DNA of 63,163 nucleotides, the filler included, from Neolecta irregularis DAH-3 (taxonomy: Eukaryota): NCBI GenBank assembly GCA_001929475.1. It is 8 parts of 8 records of this genome, joined end to end, with 100 filler letters (N's around TTAATTAATTAA, not from the genome) between each part and the next. Parts side by side here need not be neighbours in the genome. Positions count along the whole stretch, not along the records: positions 47,975 to 56,379 come from LXFE01000221.1; positions 56,480 to 57,794 come from LXFE01002680.1; positions 57,895 to 61,991 come from LXFE01000226.1; positions 62,092 to 63,163 come from LXFE01002696.1; 4 more parts are not named here. One strand, 5' to 3'. This document shows, piece by piece, positions 48,724 through 63,163 of the stretch. A model generated the notes under the pieces. The model was not told where the DNA came from, did no database searches, and was given only the letters and a program-made list of their open reading frames with translations. Position numbers and translations under genes: made by a program. The stretch's first letter is position 1, and every line of letters starts with the position of its first letter.

Positions 48724-50273
48724 ATGGATCAATATCAATCTCCTCTAACAGATCGGTATGCCTCTGCCGAAGTTTCGAAAATCTTCTCTCCGCAAATGCG
48801 GTATTCAACTTGGCGGACTCTCTGGCTAAATCTTGCGAAAGCTGAAAAAAAACTGGGATTAGCCCAAATCACTGACGAAGCAATTTCACAAATGGAAGCT
48901 CACGTCGTGCTTACCGAAGATGATTTTCGAATAGCCGCTGAAGAAGAAAAAAAGCGAAGACATGATGTCATGGCTCATGTTCACGCCTTCGGACAAGTCG
49001 CTCCTGCCGCAACAGGTATTATCCATCTTGGCGCGACAAGTTGTTTCGTCACCGATAATGCGGATCTGATTTTACTGCGAGACGGTTTCGATCATCTAAT
49101 CCCAAAGTTAGTTAATGTGATTGATCGATTGAGTAAATTTGCGGACGAACACAAAAGTTTACCGACTTTGGGATGGACACATCTTCAACCCGCACAATTG
49201 ACTACAGTCGGGAAGCGATCATGTATGTGGATTCAGGTTTTCTATTTTGGTTTGTAATGGAAGCTCAGACCCAGGATCTTTTGTGGGATTTGCGAAATCT
49301 ACGAAGGGCCCGAGATGATATCGGATTCCGTGGCGTAAAGGGCACAACCGGTACTCAGGCTTCATTCCTCACATTATTCGACGGTGATCATGAGAAGGTA
49401 TGTCCTGGTAATTGATGGAGTTGACTGGTGGAGGTAGAGGAATTAGACGAACTTGTCACAAAACTGTGTGGATTCGATTATTCCTACCCAATTACCGGTC
49501 AGACATACTCTCGAAAAATTGATGTTGATCTTTGCGCGTCAATTTCTTCTTTTGGGGTTACCGCTCACAAACTGGCAACTGACCTTCGTCTGCTCGCAAA
49601 CTTCAAGGAAATAGAGGAACCATTCGAAGAGGACCAAATCGGGTCAAGTGCTATGGCTTATAAGCGAAATCCCATGCGTTGTGAGCGAATCTGTTCGTTG
49701 TCACGACATCTCATGACTCTATGGAATAATACAACAATGACTGCGGCAACTCAATGGATGGAAAGAACTTTAGACGATAGGTACCCTTTTTTCAAATGGG
49801 TTATCTTACAAGATAGCGCAAACAGACGAATTACCCTCCCAGAAATGTTTATCACTGCTGATATTGTCCTAAACACACTCCTAAACGTCGTCTCGGACCT
49901 GGTCATTTATCCTCAAATTATATCCCGAAGAATTGGAGCTGAATTACCATTTATGGCAACAGAGAATATTATCATGGCGATGGTTAAAAAAGGCGGTGAT
50001 CGACAAGAGTCTCACGAGAAAATCAGAGTTCTGTCCCACGAAGCCAGCGCAAATGTAAAGCTTGGGGGAGGAGACAATGATTTGGTGGAACGAGTTCGAA
50101 AAGATCAATTTTTCAGTCCCATCTTGGACGAATTAGACGCAATTGTCGATCCGAAGACCTTTATTGGTCGTGCTCCCCAACAGGTCGATAAATTTTTGAG
50201 GAATGAAGTGGCAAAGGCGTTAAACTCGTATCAAAAAGATCTAAATCGAATAAAAATCGAACTGCATGTGTAG
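48724..50273 (+). CDS. ADE13: Adenylosuccinate lyase
   Basis: [44 protein letters not shown], and [10 protein letters not shown] signature. Confidence 0.98.
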
Positions 50274-50323
50274 CTGATCAAAGCAAGCGAGTAGATATAT
50301 ATTTTTGCTGGCGAAAATCTAGC

Positions 50324-51155
50324 CTATAGATCTTTTTCAATATTCTCTAGATCTTTTTCAATATTCTCCAGTTGTTTCCATACTTCTAAATCTTTTTGTT
50401 TCTGCGCAAACTCGCAGGTGGGGTTCGTTTCAAGACTGTCAAAAGATACCGGTGATAGATCCTTTGGATCTTCCCGGCTTGACAGTTCCTGAAGTGTCTC
50501 TTGTGTATCGGCACACGCTCTCCGAGCATTCTCGATCTGGGCTCGAGATTTGGAGAGAAAGTCTTCCATAAGAAGTGCCAGAGTTTCCCGAGCCTTTTTT
50601 TTCAGAAATTTTCTTGGCAATTCAATTATACCTGGTGAGGTCGGTACTCATTTAATAAATGATGAATATTGATGAACAGGATGCGTAAATGCTCGATTTT
50701 CTCCGGAAACTCCCAGTAAGCCTGAAATTTAAACGATGACTACTTTCTCTGGGTTTATCCCCATTACTCCAACAAGTTCAAGATAATTAAGTAGCAGTTG
50801 CCTCGATAGGCTTTTCATATTCATGATCGTTTGTGGGCCAGGTGCATGCCCTTCCGAGGCTTGATCTTCAACGTACAATTGCTGAATTTCCATGTCCTTC
50901 AGGCTTGGGAGCGTTTCCGGTATCTAGGAAAGTCAATTCAGTTATTGTGTTTATCTATACAGGCCAAAATTCTCCAAAGACATTGTAGGAGCCACCATCG
51001 CGTGGCGGTAATGGGGGTTTAAGATACTCGAGATTTCCGCTGATTGGTGATCCTTTAGCTGATGCTTGAGCCAGTTCATTAAGATTGTGATCACTGAAAA
51101 GACGAAAATGCACGGGTGGCCGAGGGAAAGCAGAACCCAGCTCTGCATCAGCCAT
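50324..51155 (-). CDS. MED7: Mediator subunit Med7
   Basis: [43 protein letters not shown]. Confidence 0.9.
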
Positions 51156-51615
51156 TGAAAGTGAGCTGGATGAGGTTCAAATGTGCAGGGGGTATATCGA
51201 GAATTAGTACTGAACAGAATTCTGGAAAAGCATAGGCCGCAATTTCATCTCCTCAATTCAAGTTGCACACAATTGGGCAACATTTCTTATTTAACCAAAA
51301 AGTAAAAGAAATGCCAAGAGTATGTCTGACCAATCCCAACCCAGCCCAGTCCGCCATGAGACAATGAAATGCTCTCATTCACAATCGAAACCACAAGATG
51401 TGGAACTATTATTTATATTGTATATCACTGTGTGGTCTTGACGATTGTTATTATGAAATCGACGCATCCTTTATTTATCCTGCACAATTATAAGGATCGG
51501 CTTGAAAGATACTTCAAACTGAGCACACAGTTTCGGCAAAGAAGATCAGAATCCCGCCCCAAGGTTTAGATACTTATACAATCAATGCTTCCATGAATAC
51601 AACTAACGAAAGATT

Positions 51616-54600
51616 TCAACCTCTACCTTTCTGCAAATTCATAAACATCCTTTTGAATCCATTACACAAAGAAGTCATATCAGGATATTGACTATCCCTT
51701 AACTGAAACCCATTTGGAATCACTTTAACAGGCTAAATAGTAAGAAAAGGTAATGTTAAATAGGCTTCACGAACCCATTCCGCAACCCTGGATTTTTGAT
51801 TCGCTTTGAAACACAGCTGAAAGTACCCTGGATGTTCACGATCGAAACAAAATGCATAACTTGACCGTTTTGGATTTGCTTCAGCGTACTTTGTAAGCCA
51901 TTGTTCTAGCACAACTTAGTATGCGATTGCACGTTGTTAAAAATACCAACGTCCTCCCGAGTTCCTTTCTGGAATTTTTCATGTTCTGTCATTTGATCGA
52001 TTTTGCGTGCCATTGTCTTGATATGCGAGACGATGAGTTCATCCAAGTCACTGTAAGTATATCTATGAGCAATTTTCAATGTTTTTCCGACTGAAAAATC
52101 ATTGTCTTTATCAAGTTCGAGGACATCTGGATTATTAGAAAGGAAACGCATCAGGTAGCTGTATACCAATATGCTGATAGACATGATCAGTAACTTTCCA
52201 TGTCACAGCAATATGATCAGGTCCATTGCTCGACGGCCTAATAACTGCATCACCTCTCTGCATGCCATTAAGGAAGGTTTCTGCTTGTCTTGCATTGAAG
52301 GGTCTGAATAAGGGATGCTTGATTACTCTCGCGATCCGTTGCTCCGCTTCTCGCTTCGTGCTCAGTCTACTCTTGTCACGTTCTTCTGCAAAGTCGTCCC
52401 AATCGAGGTGTCCATGCTGACGATTATCTCGATTCTGCTTGATATCTGATTCTCTAGTCGATAACTCTGCACGGAAATGAACACGGTCGAGACTCAGAAT
52501 ACGAGCTTGCACTGTTTCTCCAGCTTGAAAAAGATCGAAAGGTTTGAAGCCATGCTGGTCAGACATTTTCTGATATTCTATTTCTCCTTCAACTCCACAA
52601 TCGAGGAGAACAGCAAGGCTATTTGGTGTGACGGTCTTTATATTGACAGGAACCAACGTGTCCTCTCTTAACGTCTGTAAAGTTTCTCCAGTCAACATTG
52701 TAAACCTGTCAATATCGGATAAATCTCGGCGTTCTTTCCGAAGTTCGCGATATGGATCTTTAAGTTCTTCTCGAATCGTGACAAGAGTTGCTCGTTTTGG
52801 TTCCGATAACACACGCTCCAGTTCATCTGCATATTCATCCAATACTAATTCATCAAGTTTAGCCGGATCATCCTGTAACATAAGCTGGGCAGCAACCCCG
52901 CCTGACCCAGAGTATTCTTCGATGTCTTCTTCGTCCAGCTCGAGAGCATCGGCAGCCATTTTCTTCGCGAGTTCATAGTCTTGGGGATGTATGCGAGTAC
53001 TGTCAAGAATTTCCACATTTTCAGAGACAAAGCGTCCTTCATAGGGTATCTTGAGAAAACTGGCGCAATTGAGAAATATTTTGGCCGCGACGATACTCCG
53101 AGTGATTAATTCTGGTCTCGAAGTCAAACGTCCACTCTGCAAAATTAGGCCTTTATATCAATTGAGGGTAATACTATATTAATTTTGTTGATCATATTAT
53201 TTGTTTTTCGACGTCCAAGACCAGAAACATACTGTAGCGCAGCAGCTTTGTATGAATTCGAAATCGCTTCGTTGATGTCGACTCCAACCATATTCACAAC
53301 ATCGACAATTGCACTATCCAAGGAATTTTGTAGCTTTGCTTCAGGGAGCAGCTTTTGCCACTGATGAAAGGGTATATTCACCAGATCGCTTCCCAGCGAA
53401 ATGTATTCAAGGAGAGGGCTTTGCAAATAACGCGCCAGAGCGACACAATACCTGCCCATCAGAGTAAGGTCAGGTAATTCTGCTGCAGCTCGCTGTGATA
53501 CGTGATACAACCGCGCAACTTCATCGTTGACCCATACGACAGGTGGCTTGCCTTGGAGGGTTGCGGTAAGATCGTCGTGCATACGGGTTGCCCCTACACT
53601 AAACCCTGCGATCCCGACAAACTCCGGCTTATGATGATCGACCATTTCGAGAAGAGCGGCTTGGGAATCTGGATTGCGCAAGTCTCCGATACTGAGTTCT
53701 TCGATCGCTCGACCTTTCTCATCGACGTATACAGCAATGACAGGATCCCGAGAGATGTCGCCTTGTCCATTCGTAAGTGCAAGAATGCGAGGCGATTCTC
53801 CTTCTTTCAACTCATCTGGTTTTAGAGGCATAACATCGATTTTCCCGAGTAACTTTCTGCGACATATCGAGGCGAGATTATCCTCGCACTCAGATTTAAG
53901 GTTTTCTTTTACTAATCGCTCAATGTTTGGACGGAGTTTAGAAAATGCTGTTTCGAGAACCATTCGACGCTGACGATTCCACTTATCAGCGAGCTCACTA
54001 TAATTATCGGATTCAATGTACTCTAGAGATCGTCGGAAAAAGTCTTCATAATTTCGAATTTCGATTTCCACTGTAACAAGCCCATCCTCTTCGGCTTTTA
54101 GCATTTGGACAAAGAACGAAGGATCTTCTTGTTCAAGCAAAGTGGTGAAAAGTAGGTTCCGCAGGTACTTGAATTTCTCCACAGTCAGTAAGTGACAATG
54201 TATGTCATACATAATAGGGATGTGACTCATCAATCTTGCGAATACCACGATCTGTTGGATGAACGTTTATACTTCCCTGAGTGAAGAAGACCATACGCAT
54301 CCGTTTTCTGACTGCCAAGTCATTTACAATTTCTTCGGCCAACATCATGCGGGCAGCTAGACATCAGACAAGATTAAATATAGAGATACCGCTGAGAGAA
54401 TCTTCTTCACGTTCATCACAACTAAAGGACACAGCTACTGCCAGGGGTTCATCGTAAGGGTCGTCGGGGCTATACCGCTTGATCTCGTCTTGAAAATTGA
54501 TTCCATATTGTTCTGCTGTTATACCGAAAGCCTAATCTTTAATACAGCCCAGGCTCAGACTAATACCTTGACAATATTGTAAATGTGTCCATTGCGTATA

Positions 54601-56000
54601 CGTTCATACACGGCATGTTTTCCACTAGGTTTTTTCAATCCACTGTTTATGGAAACATCACGAATAATCTGAGAGTATCTGAAATGAATATAATCGTGGA
54701 GATCTTGAAAATCTTCAATACCAGCAGCCTTTTCCAAAAAATCTTCAAAATTCATATCAACTTTACCGATTTCTGTATATAGTTTGAGCAACCCGGATTT
54801 CTTTTCTTCCATAATTTTAAATTTTGCACTCATTTCGAGGATTCTCCAGAGATCATCTTGGTCGATGAGTAGAGTTTTGATGAGATTTTCGACGCCCTGA
54901 GTACGATCGATGTGGTATAGATAGTCTCGCTTGTGATGCCATATATATGGTATATCGAGATTATCCTGGTTGAGAAAAGTTACTACATGAATGACTGCTT
55001 GTTTGAAAGCATCTTGATGATCAGGGTGAATTGAATCTCGTTTCCGAATTGATAAAACATCAGCGATCCAACGACCTTCCCCCTCGAGCTCGGAATCGGT
55101 GAAATGTTGCAATTTGTGGTGCATGTGGAGTACTTGGAACCTCTCTGGAATATCTGTAACACGATATAACTCATCTTCTTCAGTCAACATTCGTTCTTGA
55201 AGCTCGCTGGGTTCAAAAATATCTTTGAGTTGAAGTCCTTTTTGCACTTTGTGTTCCAAGCCATGTTCGTCTTCTTCTTCGGCCCAAGCATATTCGCCGC
55301 CGTCTCCGAAAACTTCGCCCATTTCCATCTGAACATCATCTGGAACGTCTGCCATACCGGGATAAGAAACCCTCACACGTTCTTGACGTATCTGCCGGGG
55401 CCGCTGGTGATCGTCATCATCCGTTAGTTCATCATCCTCGATAAAGTCGTCAAACTCGTGGCCTGGTCCAGTCTCTTGATATCGAGACCTATTTGTAGAC
55501 ATTCCACTGTTTCCAGCCTCGGGGAGATTTCCATAATCACCTTGCTCTTCATCGTCTGAGAAAATATCTTCCAAACCACGCGAAGGGTTTGGAGGTTCGT
55601 CTTTATCATGATCATCTCGTCTTCGTTTAAGCCGTTTCAGTTGCCGATCTCGGGGTTTCTCTGCCGGTCTGCCAAGTCCAATAAGATCCAAATCATCCTC
55701 ATCTAGTTCATCGGGATCAGGTCCCTCGACTTCAATCTTGCGCTTTCTACGTTTTTTATGTCGACGACGGGTACTCTCGTCTTCGTCCTCCTCGTCATCT
55801 ACAATAAACCCTTCCCGCACTTTTCTCTCAGCTTCTTCGTCTTCTTCTTCTTCTTCGGAACTGTCGTCCTCCTCGAGAGTATCGCCATTGCTATAGTGGT
55901 TCTGAACTTGGGGACTATCATCATCGCCGGCCTCTTCGTCGGCAGGCGCATCCAAATCGGTAGCATCTTCTATGGTTCGTTCATCCAGAAAATCTGCCAT
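51616..56000 (-). CDS. SPT6: Transcription elongation factor / histone chaperone Spt6
   Basis: Acidic N-terminus, DIFEPSEL, TDIPERFQ, YqgF and HhH domains (LDSTRIHPQDY.LA.KMA.DALE), S1 domain, tandem SH2 (IKHPLF, IRPSS). Confidence 0.97.
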
Positions 56001-56185
56001 TGAACTGGAATAACAATATTTTTTGAAAGAGATACAGAGATAGTAGAAACGATTATTTTTTGAACGAGATACAGAGGTAAAGGACAAATTGGGGGTGTTG
56101 TCTTTTGCCGTAAATTATCTCTGTTTTCCCAGACTAACCGCCATAATCCTTTGATTGTCTCACATCTGAGGGCCATTTATCAGAA

Positions 56186-56379
56186 ATGCTCGGAGTACCC
56201 CCAAAAGCCAAGAAGAAGAATTTCAAACAGTTGAAGCTACCTACGGAACAAGCAAAGAAGTCAATTGCCCCTTCGGCCGTCGATGCACAGGCTCCAGGAG
56301 GTCCCGCAGAGAGCTACTACCATAACAAACTTACGGAACAACTTAGTACATTAGAAATCGGGGTCGAATTTAAATTAGA
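56186..56379 (+). CDS. STE7: MAP kinase kinase Ste7/Byr1/Fuz7 N-terminus (truncated by gap)
   Basis: Docking motif KKKNFKQLKL and LEIGVEFKL, which precedes the kinase domain in this family. Confidence 0.75.
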
Positions 56380-56479
56380 NNNNNNNNNNNNNNNNNNNNN
56401 NNNNNNNNNNNNNNNNNNNNNNNTTAATTAATTAANNNNNNNNNNNNNNNNNNNNNNNNNNNNNNNNNNNNNNNNNNNN

Positions 56480-57794
56480 AATTGATATCAATACACTTCG
56501 AATAGCGTTGGAATGATATGCTGTGAAACCCCATAGATGTGAATGTGACTAGCTAAAGTCTCTCTTATCTCTACAGAGCTGTGGTCCTAGCTAACGTCGA
56601 TCTTATCTGGCAGAGCTATGATCTGCGTTAGAGCATTCAGCTCGTTGTGTTGGGATTTTAAGATTGCAAGAAACGTTCTTTTGAAACTTGACGAGATATG
56701 CACAGACGTGGACACCATATCCGCGGTCATGGCCCGTGGAAACTCCAACAATGTCTTTAATACGCTTGATTTATTGAGTTGACCATGCCTAATATGGTGT
56801 CGACGAACAGCTAACGTAGAATGATTCGGCCTATCAATTCACACACCAAGCTCAATGAAAAAGAAATATGTGTTTAGTTTCCTGCATTTTAGTTCCTCGT
56901 CAGGCAATGGATTATTCAGACGTCCTTCAACATTTAGCTCTTCGAAAAAGTAAAATACCCGATATCAATGAGCTATTAGCCTTTTTCCTATGAAAGTCAG
57001 TGAGATGGGTTATAAAAGCTAGTTTATATGGCAGATACCATGATACTTCTTCTACAGTCTACGTGAGTCAAGGGGCAAATATTGAGAATCAGGTGATAAG
57101 ACAAATTATGCAGGAAAACAGATATAGATCGGTATTTATTCTCATGTTATCAACCACTTTATAGTTGAATATAATGTCTAGAATTGTAATGGAATTGTTT
57201 TAGGTTAAATATGTCAAGTTGATTTATCTCAGAATCTTAAATGACACCCAGGGTAATATCCTCAGTCCAAGTCATTGTAGTCATACTGTCCTTGAAATAA
57301 ACAAACGAAATCAATAACAGCACGCCGAAAGTAAGGTATATATCGATAACACGGCCTTTTCATCTTAAGAGAGACTACACTGTAAATAAAGTTTTCTTTT
57401 GCAAAGGTACATGCCTAATTTAACGGGACCTTGTGAGCAACACCTGGGCTACGATGGCTTTTACTGCTAACTTGGGATCAGGAAAGTATTGGGAGTATTC
57501 TCATACTCGGGTCTCTAGGAACCAAAAACCCGGCCATACTCGTAGGCATAGCTATTGCGAAGGTAGCAAACCAAGTGACAAGAAAGATGGCAGAGATTCT
57601 GGAAACTTTCATCTTGGAGTTGATTGAATGAAATGTTTGAAACGGACATGAAGTGAATTTAAATTGATATCAATACACTTCGAATAGCGTTGGAATGATA
57701 TGCTGTGAAACCCCATAGATGTGAATGCGACTAGCTAAAGTCTCTCTTATCTCTACAGAGCTGTGGTCCTAGCTAACGTCGCTCTTATCTGGCA
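56480..57794. repeat. Collapsed tandem repeat, period 1182 bp
   Basis: 56480-56612 is repeated at 57662-57794 with 2 mismatches, at the two contig ends. Confidence 0.85.
56587..57612 (-). pseudogene. Multi-exon secreted-protein gene or pseudogene inside the tandem unit
   Basis: MKVSRISAIFLVTWFATFAIA-MPT signal peptide; 3' exons join via a 36-nt intron (...YFFFIEL|AVRRHH...IALPDKIDVS*). Middle exons unresolved and at least one in-frame stop. Confidence 0.5.
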
Positions 57795-58186
57795 NNNNNN
57801 NNNNNNNNNNNNNNNNNNNNNNNNNNNNNNNNNNNNNNTTAATTAATTAANNNNNNNNNNNNNNNNNNNNNNNNNNNNNNNNNNNNNNNNNNNNATACGA
57901 CGTGAACTTTGTGAGTATGTAAAACCTACCTTTTGCTATCCGATCACAGATGCTGGGATCGTGAAACTGTTGCGCACAGAGCTGCCGCTTGATAAGACAA
58001 ACTTGAATTCCTGTCAGTCCATTTATTTCCTGGAAACCGAGAGGAAATATATATCGTCAAGTTCAAAAGTAAATTATATCAAAAAATAAAACTTCGTATG
58101 CCCGTGAAATTCTAACAACATGAGACCCGGTACGATGAGATACAAAACAAAATGGTGCAGTGAAATTTCATAAACACGCCATTCCA

Positions 58187-60008
58187 TCATAAATCCAAAC
58201 CCTTTGATACCCGAACAAGTATCTCCTTCCATCCACGCAACTGATCATGCATTTTTAACAACCTTCTCAATAATTTTTCAACATCCACTCCAGAATCATT
58301 TACATCATTACGAGTCAGCGCAGTGACTCGATTATGCAATTTCTGATATTCTGGGAATAATGAACGATATTGTCTAGCCATATCATTTAATTCGTTCGTT
58401 GTATAACTAGTTGAAGACTGTTCCGACATTGAAACCGGCGAATCATCAGAGTGAGAAGGAAATGCCGGAGAAGGATGAGGAGCTGCCCTTTTATTCGCTT
58501 TTATACCGTTAGAGGAGTCTGGTGGATTTAATGACGATGGTCTCCTGTTGGTAAGTTGCATACGTGTCCGTATGGGTTTCTTGTTTTTGGAAGTGAGAGA
58601 TCCTGAACGAGATCTGTCTGAAAAATTATCTTGCTCGAGGGTAGATTCTGCATCGCTATCTACAACATATTCTGCTGATTTGATTTTCGGGTTGTTCAAG
58701 ATCGTCGTCTTTGTATTGTCTTTTCGTGGAGCGGGCTTTTGCGAACTTTTTAAAGTAATTTCATCTTCAATCCGAGATCTTTTAGGTTTCGAAGTCGTAT
58801 CTTCTTCGGCCTTTCTTTTCTTAATTGTAGTCTTTCGACCTGTAAAAATCCCGCCGCCTGTCTTCTTAGGCAACACAGACGAGCTGGAAAGATCCGGGGA
58901 TATACATGATCCATTCAATGAACCAGCAGTTGAGTGTTCTGCTGTAAGCGGTGGTGTAGCTGGCTGTGCCGAAGCACGACCCTTTAATTGTGTTACCGGA
59001 TTTCGCGAACGCTCAGTGGAATTATCCGAAATTCCGAGGCGATCGAGTATCGCATTGGCTCGATTAGTTACCTCGGTACGCTGACTGTCGGTGTAGTGCG
59101 GCCAGTTGTGCGATTTTACTTCGGGCCAAAATTGATCCTTTAGCCCCCAAACGTCATTTTGCAATCGATCGCCAACTTCGGTTAAAATGGATCGGATTCG
59201 GTTTGGAGAAGAAGGCTGCGTCTTCTCTGCGATATAATCTTCCCTTACAGGCTTCAGAGCAAGCAAATGCACGATTTGACTACGAAGCGGGATCGGCGAG
59301 GTTGCTGGGGTAAGAACCGAAGCTACCTGTGATTTGGACGCCAATTGATTCTTCTCGATATTAGCGGGTCTGGGTTTCGCAGTTACGCTCGCAGCGACCG
59401 CAGTTGGAGGCCGCTGGGGCAGGTGAGTTTTATTTTTGGCAGATCGAGACAAAGGATCTGAGGATCAGTTTCAGTGATGCGTGATATGACGACTCACCGG
59501 AATTTGCAGCATCGACTAAGGTAGATCTGTGAAGATGAGCTTGTATCTTAACGAGGTGAACTCACTGTTTTTCGGTCCGCGATTTGGATACTTCCCCGCT
59601 TTTGGAGCGTAGAATAAGATATTCGTTGTAGTCGATTTCGCGATTTACGGACAATTTGTGAGAAACGTTGCCGGCCATGTCGAGGCGTCCTGTCTCAATA
59701 TCCGAATGGCGGTAGAGTTCTGTTGTTCCGGATTCTTCTTGTACAGTCAACGCAAATGACTTGTTTCCAACTGAAAATGCCTAAGTAATATGAGCGTGCA
59801 TTGAAGATCTGCAACGCACAGCTGTTTCTCCAAACACAATCTCCAGGTCTGGAGAAGCCTTTGAGTCCAAAAGAGCGGCAAGTACGTCCTCTGATAGTCT
59901 AAAGTACATGCATTGAAGGTTATCTTGACTACTGCCGGTATCTTCGGCATCTAGCGAAGGCTGAAAGAGGGAAAGAGGAGCAGAAGGGCGGCAGTATGCC
60001 GCAGACAT
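58187..60008 (-). CDS. ELL1: RNA polymerase II elongation factor ELL
   Basis: LRSQIVHLLALKP, W.LK...W.EV....WPHYT, and occludin-homology C-terminus YRSLFPEYQKLH. Confidence 0.85.
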
Positions 60009-60312
60009 GGTGAATGGGAGGGAAATGGTGACGACAACCTGAAACCTGGGTAGGCAGGAGCGGTGAGGAAATTCAACGATCCGAACCGCAAAATAAGAAA
60101 AGGCACCTCCAAATGCGAAAAGTCGCTGCCTGCACCAGCATTGTTCTATTCCAGGAATGCACCAAATATATACATATATTATACAAATGCAGTAAACACC
60201 TTTGCGAATGTCGTGTGACAAGACAGTCTGATAATCGGTGGATGCTGTTGAACAACCTGCGGCTCTATTCCAACCCAAACAGCTTGTGTTGATGTGCGCC
60301 GTCCGTTGGAAT

Positions 60313-61670
<1,358 letters not shown>

Positions 61671-62091
61671 TAACCGATGCAATGTGTTCTGTCCCACCTG
61701 TGGAATCGTACCAGCTGTGGAATCGTCCAACTTCACCACCAAATCTGTGACCGTCCTCCACCAACCTCATTTATACCATCATGGCATATATCCAGGCGTG
61801 ACTTTCAAATATATAAGTATGCATCAGAAGTAGAAACAGCCCTTCTATCCTCAGTTGCACCTTTATTTGCTGTAGCCTTGCGGAATAAGTTTGAACTTGT
61901 GGGGACACGACTTTACCCCAACGTCGCAACCCCACCAGCTTGCCACCGCCACCGCCAAAGTATCGGAACAAGCACAAGGAGCAGCAAGGGCNNNNNNNNN
62001 NNNNNNNNNNNNNNNNNNNNNNNNNNNNNNNNNNNTTAATTAATTAANNNNNNNNNNNNNNNNNNNNNNNNNNNNNNNNNNNNNNNNNNNN

Positions 62092-62850
62092 GAATTTTGC
62101 AACTGTCTTAGCAACCCTCTTTGAACTCCCTCGAAAAGAGCAGCCATGGAAATGAGATGCAGAGCAAAAGACTGCATTCCAGAAGTTAAAACAGGCCTTA
62201 ATATCTCCACCAGTCCTAGCATGACATGACCCAACCAAACCTTCAGTAGTATTATACTACGCATCATCAATTAGCATTGGAGTAGTGCTGTCACAAGTGG
62301 GGTTGGATAATTTAGAACATCCTGTAATGTTTATGTCAAAGAAACTCAACTTGCATCAAAGGAACTGAACAACACATGACAAAGAGTTGTTTGCAATTAG
62401 GAAAGTACTGGAGAAGTTTAGATCTCTGTTACATGAGGCCAGGTTTATAATCCGAACTGATCATAAAGTGCTGCAGTACATTCTGAAGCAACTGAAACTA
62501 AACCCCAAACAGATCTATATTCTAGTATTTATGGCAGAATTCTCGGAATTCGAAGTGGAATACATTTCTGGAGCAGCTAACCTCACTGATGCACTCTCCA
62601 GGAAGATAGAATTCAAATGTCTGGCTGTTATTCTAGAGAATGATGAATTATGGATGGACAAGGTTTGCTAATTGATCAGTCAGTCAGATTGGAAAGAAAC
62701 CTGGCAGAAAATATAGAAAGGAATACCAGTAGAGGATTTCAAAGTACAGGACAGACTGCTCTTAAGTGATAATTGTGTCTGTATTCCAGAGAAATGCACA
62801 CTGGAACTTTTAAAGACATATCATGACAATGTGGCAGTGATTCATCGCAC
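62092..62850 (+). mobile_element. Degenerate Ty3/Gypsy RT-RNase H fragment
   Basis: AFQKLKQALISPPVL, IGVVLSQ..HPVMFMSKKL, DKELFAI, TDHKVL, YISG...DALSR, with stops. Confidence 0.9.
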
Positions 62851-63163
62851 ACTGTTAGATCCTCATCAGGAGATAATTCCTGGGACTCTGAAGACTTCAG
62901 CCTCAGCACCACCAGTTATGAAGACATCAAGCAAAATCTCAATGATCTTTGTATTGAACTGTTAGAGGAAATATGGGATGAAGAGATAGCTATACTTGGG
63001 AGAAGAGCTGCTGACCTCATTAATCGATACAGAAGGGAAGCCTTGCAGCATTTTCAACCAGAGACCTACCTCCTACTTAAGAAAGCTAAGATAGAAAAAG
63101 ATAGGATTTGCTACCTGAGAGAATTCTATCACCAACAGATGAACAGGATCAACCAACTCAGAT

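Noticed and set aside
62860-63163. Open frame of about 100 codons running off the window end
   Set aside because: No recognisable motif; CpG-poor and adjacent to a Gypsy fragment, so probably TE-derived.

Overview
Gene-dense fungal genomic DNA, most consistent with an early-diverging ascomycete (Taphrinomycotina, Neolecta-like; inferred from protein similarity and 33-40 nt introns). It is assembled from contigs joined by artificial N/TTAATTAATTAA/N linkers, so adjacency across linkers is unreliable. It contains about 25 intron-containing genes: CENP-A, Mau2/Scc4, an Edc1/PNRC-type decapping activator, Rbx1, Pha2, Alr1-like CorA, Smi1/Knr4, Ils1, Thp1/PCID2, Emp70, an SDR, Yen1, a Crp1/Mdg1-like CBM48 protein, a LigB dioxygenase, Ade13, Med7, Spt6, a Ste7 N-terminus, Ell1, Gcn5 and several orphans. 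Decayed Ty3/Gypsy and pogo-like elements and several MITE/foldback families are also present. Most notable: (i) hairpin-dense intergenic segments with strand-specific G-U pairs, one carrying a telomere-template-like AACCCUAA beside a long-range helix (telomerase RNA candidate) and one filling the interval upstream of ILS1; (ii) a spliced signal peptide + small beta-domain + degenerate Rossmann fusion gene bracketed by inverted repeats; (iii) a collapsed 1182-bp tandem unit carrying a secreted-protein gene; (iv) apparently CpG-focused decay of TEs; (v) several GC-AG donors in ultrashort introns. All structures and gene models were read by eye, not computed.
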